This document shows, in pieces, positions 63,901-64,000 of a stretch of DNA of 64,000 bases; the first letter of the stretch is position 1; each line of letters starts with the position of its first letter. Both the position numbers and the translations under genes were made by a program. The notes beneath the pieces were generated by a model that was not told the DNA's origin, did no database searches, and worked only from the letters and a program-made list of their open reading frames with translations. This stretch comes from an uncultured Gammaproteobacteria bacterium (GTDB lineage: Bacteria > Pseudomonadota > Gammaproteobacteria > UBA6002). The stretch is taken from the NCBI GenBank assembly GCA_963705725.1, contig CAVPKM010000010.1, positions 12,264 to 76,263 of the forward strand, given 5' to 3'.

Positions 63901-64000
63901 CCCATCAACAGCTGATTGAAGGCACTGACCCCGTGAAAATCACGGGGTAGCTGGGCACTATTAAATGTCGTATCTTCTAACAATCGAAAATACATTAAGC
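54981..64000 (-). CDS. Giant polymorphic toxin: LRR + CE-clan-like domain + hemagglutinin-like repeats + C-terminal ADP-ribosyl cyclase-like (Tox-ARC) domain; 5' end runs off the window
   Basis: No stop upstream of ATG 63995; C-terminus LWSG...TLEMTAGG...IWSNVS...ASGQV...SSIYRKE parallels the CD38 motifs WS, TLEDT..G, FW..VS and STF..VE. Confidence 0.85.
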   Translation of the reverse strand, partial: LMYFRLLEDTTFNSAQLPRDFHGVSAFNQLLMGLARMPVIEEVNLRHHVLSNEEVHALLDVILLKPIASLDLSGLPLDKTALLKIKAFIEEQDKARENKPLRITLLSCKLSGDITLLTRALKRTQHLAVWLVLGDQDQAMTQVSSAVLHQEKKAKQQAFEASWLRLNGQFLTELDFFSQQGFFPKACAESRFLLPPLLSPAGYDEAAMNFLLEQKIQQLGGIKAGFQSLLNVASWHTLILPAVGGDEESAKPIAFYIDFATQSESTQTDDRSAFSNFSDLAILLSSEKNTEIQVLFPYCRNQIWLTTEITIQKQGQECEIALQLHDPKGGGKFTQAEQGQLRKALTKRLQALDEGILLTYCSQGSPYAPRQHLSDSAASGPIVVEEVMALAKEKSLAAISPIDTELLRKHQIALARSSPDEGGKARFLKNYQEAVTTREVFYSKAGEIEGYVINVAGEVFLYVLSKTFDLSRLNWMAPIQALQVFSEGEIYLSSVLNVLSHLQIFCEIFTFKETGDLSCEQLNVEAKQSVLAGKLASQQAVFEGQQVRIEKSAKISNVVPKGQEACLQVRAEAIECGGEIIVDTVQFSAEKLLSLSRHGILHSKQLSITSADQLFIRGQLKGEAISLEAGNQAKLCQRSCIQATHLAISSESLLARGEIACQKLALHSDEAVFFSSKSVIKANVLLLYCDRFIKKGQLFCDDFYAFTENTLLKGKLKPLEESNNPHVAKQFVIQTKGLQIDGEVDTQAYFSVLCEQLFASSRSILKSQATGLTPPILPNEGGEVDKPAKQESKPAANFLLASSGAYLDQGARIQTAGLFVTRSHSIKLYGAIESQDSIYGETEEALEIFPEGTMISSAHIKLSGKTCWHTGNISAADSLNLGFDESVMSGVLKSEAFHALKEGKGGQLSGKSIKINTAFYLNLLTNVEADQVAQINAFLDVSIGLVNVKHLSRSNFVSLDLSLNLTFLKSLKSLVSFFGETFDSLFFKDQSIRELIQDYYDAIDGKAFLVSSAANALQLATITGKLLMVLTPDTGISINLILTAINLLLQLALNGLTVRQEVEALISRHQAGNKIQLRDVVSLMTALKNLLVSATFFTEFSYNLPQAMATLSDQIQASHDSLLSVFPSIMGLFGGSITNQSLISFHSGISATGLYNEMALVGAAIGNQQVAGTCFQNHFITLNLHNDQLAAVGNLNAHTYLQAGGARLVQSETLIAKEAYVNGELTAHSGLIKLDHLATGQTANLEADHLLVQIKQADLLEGNTTFWSSSGQIGTLHQGAAQTLVLEDSSLIIDSPSHLAGTLAATHSTIEGKETLKLEASSHVRLDHSTLSGKHLEGERGSLLEANASHIVSKAGGSLLGHNHFVSEEKSANLIEGQFAFSADTEAVNTCFEGSQQFLAGEQETALKNCAFQGESVGQAIGNHLSTDNVGIDSHITELTDQVHIHHLLSLNSDKRVTLTPSSSLHLEDKDAKLLINTPCLERNGKIDGIGELAIDSHLSNQAVNDLISDKNLAVEQLTLINDVDVALYLPITSAKNATIVGKSVRNQAEQWLNSLHLESTVGNIWVAKAIHTVAGTSLYAKEGAVKVYDDISGGKLLEAYGKKGVMAGHLEPGAHFHEVRTYIKVGNQWLPVYTYAPASPTTPVPLYSLPAYQTASALNLGAYHPIHLSAETLAMESGADIQLAGVEAMSTHLSLDAAHNLILDVNSKNPDKKPISTRLLSEDAQVKAANLINNGQSFLSKTLSAFLQEDLYNLNGGILQGLNWLHIEARNVHNVCGIEPVVGEFDTHETYRPSYLLGGDGKDHEGVGCYLHTTGKVENEASWIQSGGSNVILADLGFESTAKVSTYISNRESLSKDFGLIKEETTTHAPVVGTSQIVSTHGQNIIESTQGAIEAEASAFEAEQGTLLHAKDDINLHGLPTFVDTTQTRRTGPFYTKEHQVEEEIAPTIVYDQTGITLLSDHHIKISDTALVTPGHLEAKAKDFTASLTPLTHTHDKSSFGLGITLCHQNLANCHQENNQTPLWSGDPLFNQLQQLSHSTGMGEALLNSASTGIALANTANGLLNGLRTGTLLQEALKQELPNLYAPQIGVNVTWTTSHGSQESLGQGGIVAGSAHFDIEDTLALNALPMQIAKDLDVEAKTFKISGIALKAENEETKTTLSVAASASGNPYEVGASWDHQTSRSTTQVNDLVQVGGITTLHTKETILDGANLETNQLKGAIEHLTIITRASESESRCESLGANTNGNFNVNDQTHHESRVDQVAGIHVNTAINENTKELSVGTYYSEGGEITSNGVNHFTADQTISKDVRQHSKTSGLGLSGNVKAFDPNTQMNHLIPPNLQSFPITTTDLNFTHQDYQAKVHSVIDGAGSPIHGNTTGDPIVDAAHQTEVIKNTSHNWHVAIPNLNEGVIQNFKENAAYLHDQLGFNQVDQTDATSPPPKDPDFPIYSKEHSHRENYHDNNNGGGDDDEEEVQDPEEYDELIHPINQDEALANPLSSQTEDKADSSKEEHESHPSSEAQEENREQNQDQTSLEPWQAAALSEFNASLGLGNLVNENANKWKWEATSYSDHNKTVTESKISVQDESGKIKSENYTRDEKYYSQPFQDQGKTYSPFYLDNRPAEGQNGPYFHVEYESDRDPLYMTTLPAQHHALAQKQTVKDYQESVNPPKDWESALSNWETGDLEQQINGVLGENLFRHNAFDQGSDLNCFNDQNDFQTPIPIYQLSAFRREQNECDQTPTNSNDGPATFDEPLLKIAEKIDTTNQFINSVAQKMLENEAIVKEGIVAGFTFDPVDTSGMNIVQKSEYYFGMGLGETAGLITSEIAALGLIMASQEHLITNQVAKFFIKSEEIASTFPLTKHSLEGWAPEQIVDYVDQLGLKTPRNQLILWSGLGKDGKGKLISQEYAAANGGVTLEMTAGGKWLDDLNLFSQNSPFTREEIFQIWSNVSSRMIQQASGQVRSLIGNVKPSSIYRKEQVEILMNRNILGLDELNIKPKYYFGY

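Overview
This window looks like part of a large conjugative plasmid (or integrated conjugative element). Protein style and gene families suggest an intracellular Legionellales/Coxiellaceae-like host; that is inference. The backbone has a minus-strand P-type (Trb) T4SS operon (trbB-C-D-E-J-L-F-G-I, lytic transglycosylase, VirD4/TraG) headed by a 1599-aa internally duplicated helical protein, and a Ti-plasmid-type Dtr module (traF, traD, traC, MOBQ oriT, traA). It also has ParA plus a putative Rep, preceded by a parS-like palindrome and a helically phased 11-bp repeat array, and a TnpS/TnpT-like resolution module. The central regulatory region has a lambdoid cI / O / P-like layout in which a receiver-domain protein occupies the cro position. 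It also contains a sensor-less hybrid kinase with a degenerate G2 box, a LuxR HTH, and a tRNA-dependent cyclodipeptide synthase (XYP type) followed directly by a PAS histidine kinase that IS66 and IS256 have broken. The right end encodes a >3000-aa chimeric polymorphic toxin (LRR, pseudo CE-clan protease, hemagglutinin-like stalk, CD38-like ADP-ribosyl cyclase/NADase tip) with an Imm74-like immunity gene. Accessory DNA includes HigBA, AbiEi/AbiEii, two IS66 copies, two inverted IS256 copies sharing a CCC-TGA frameshift, an IS21-derived MITE and many gene fragments. No rRNA, tRNA or CRISPR array was seen. All family assignments come from reading motifs by eye, not from database searches.
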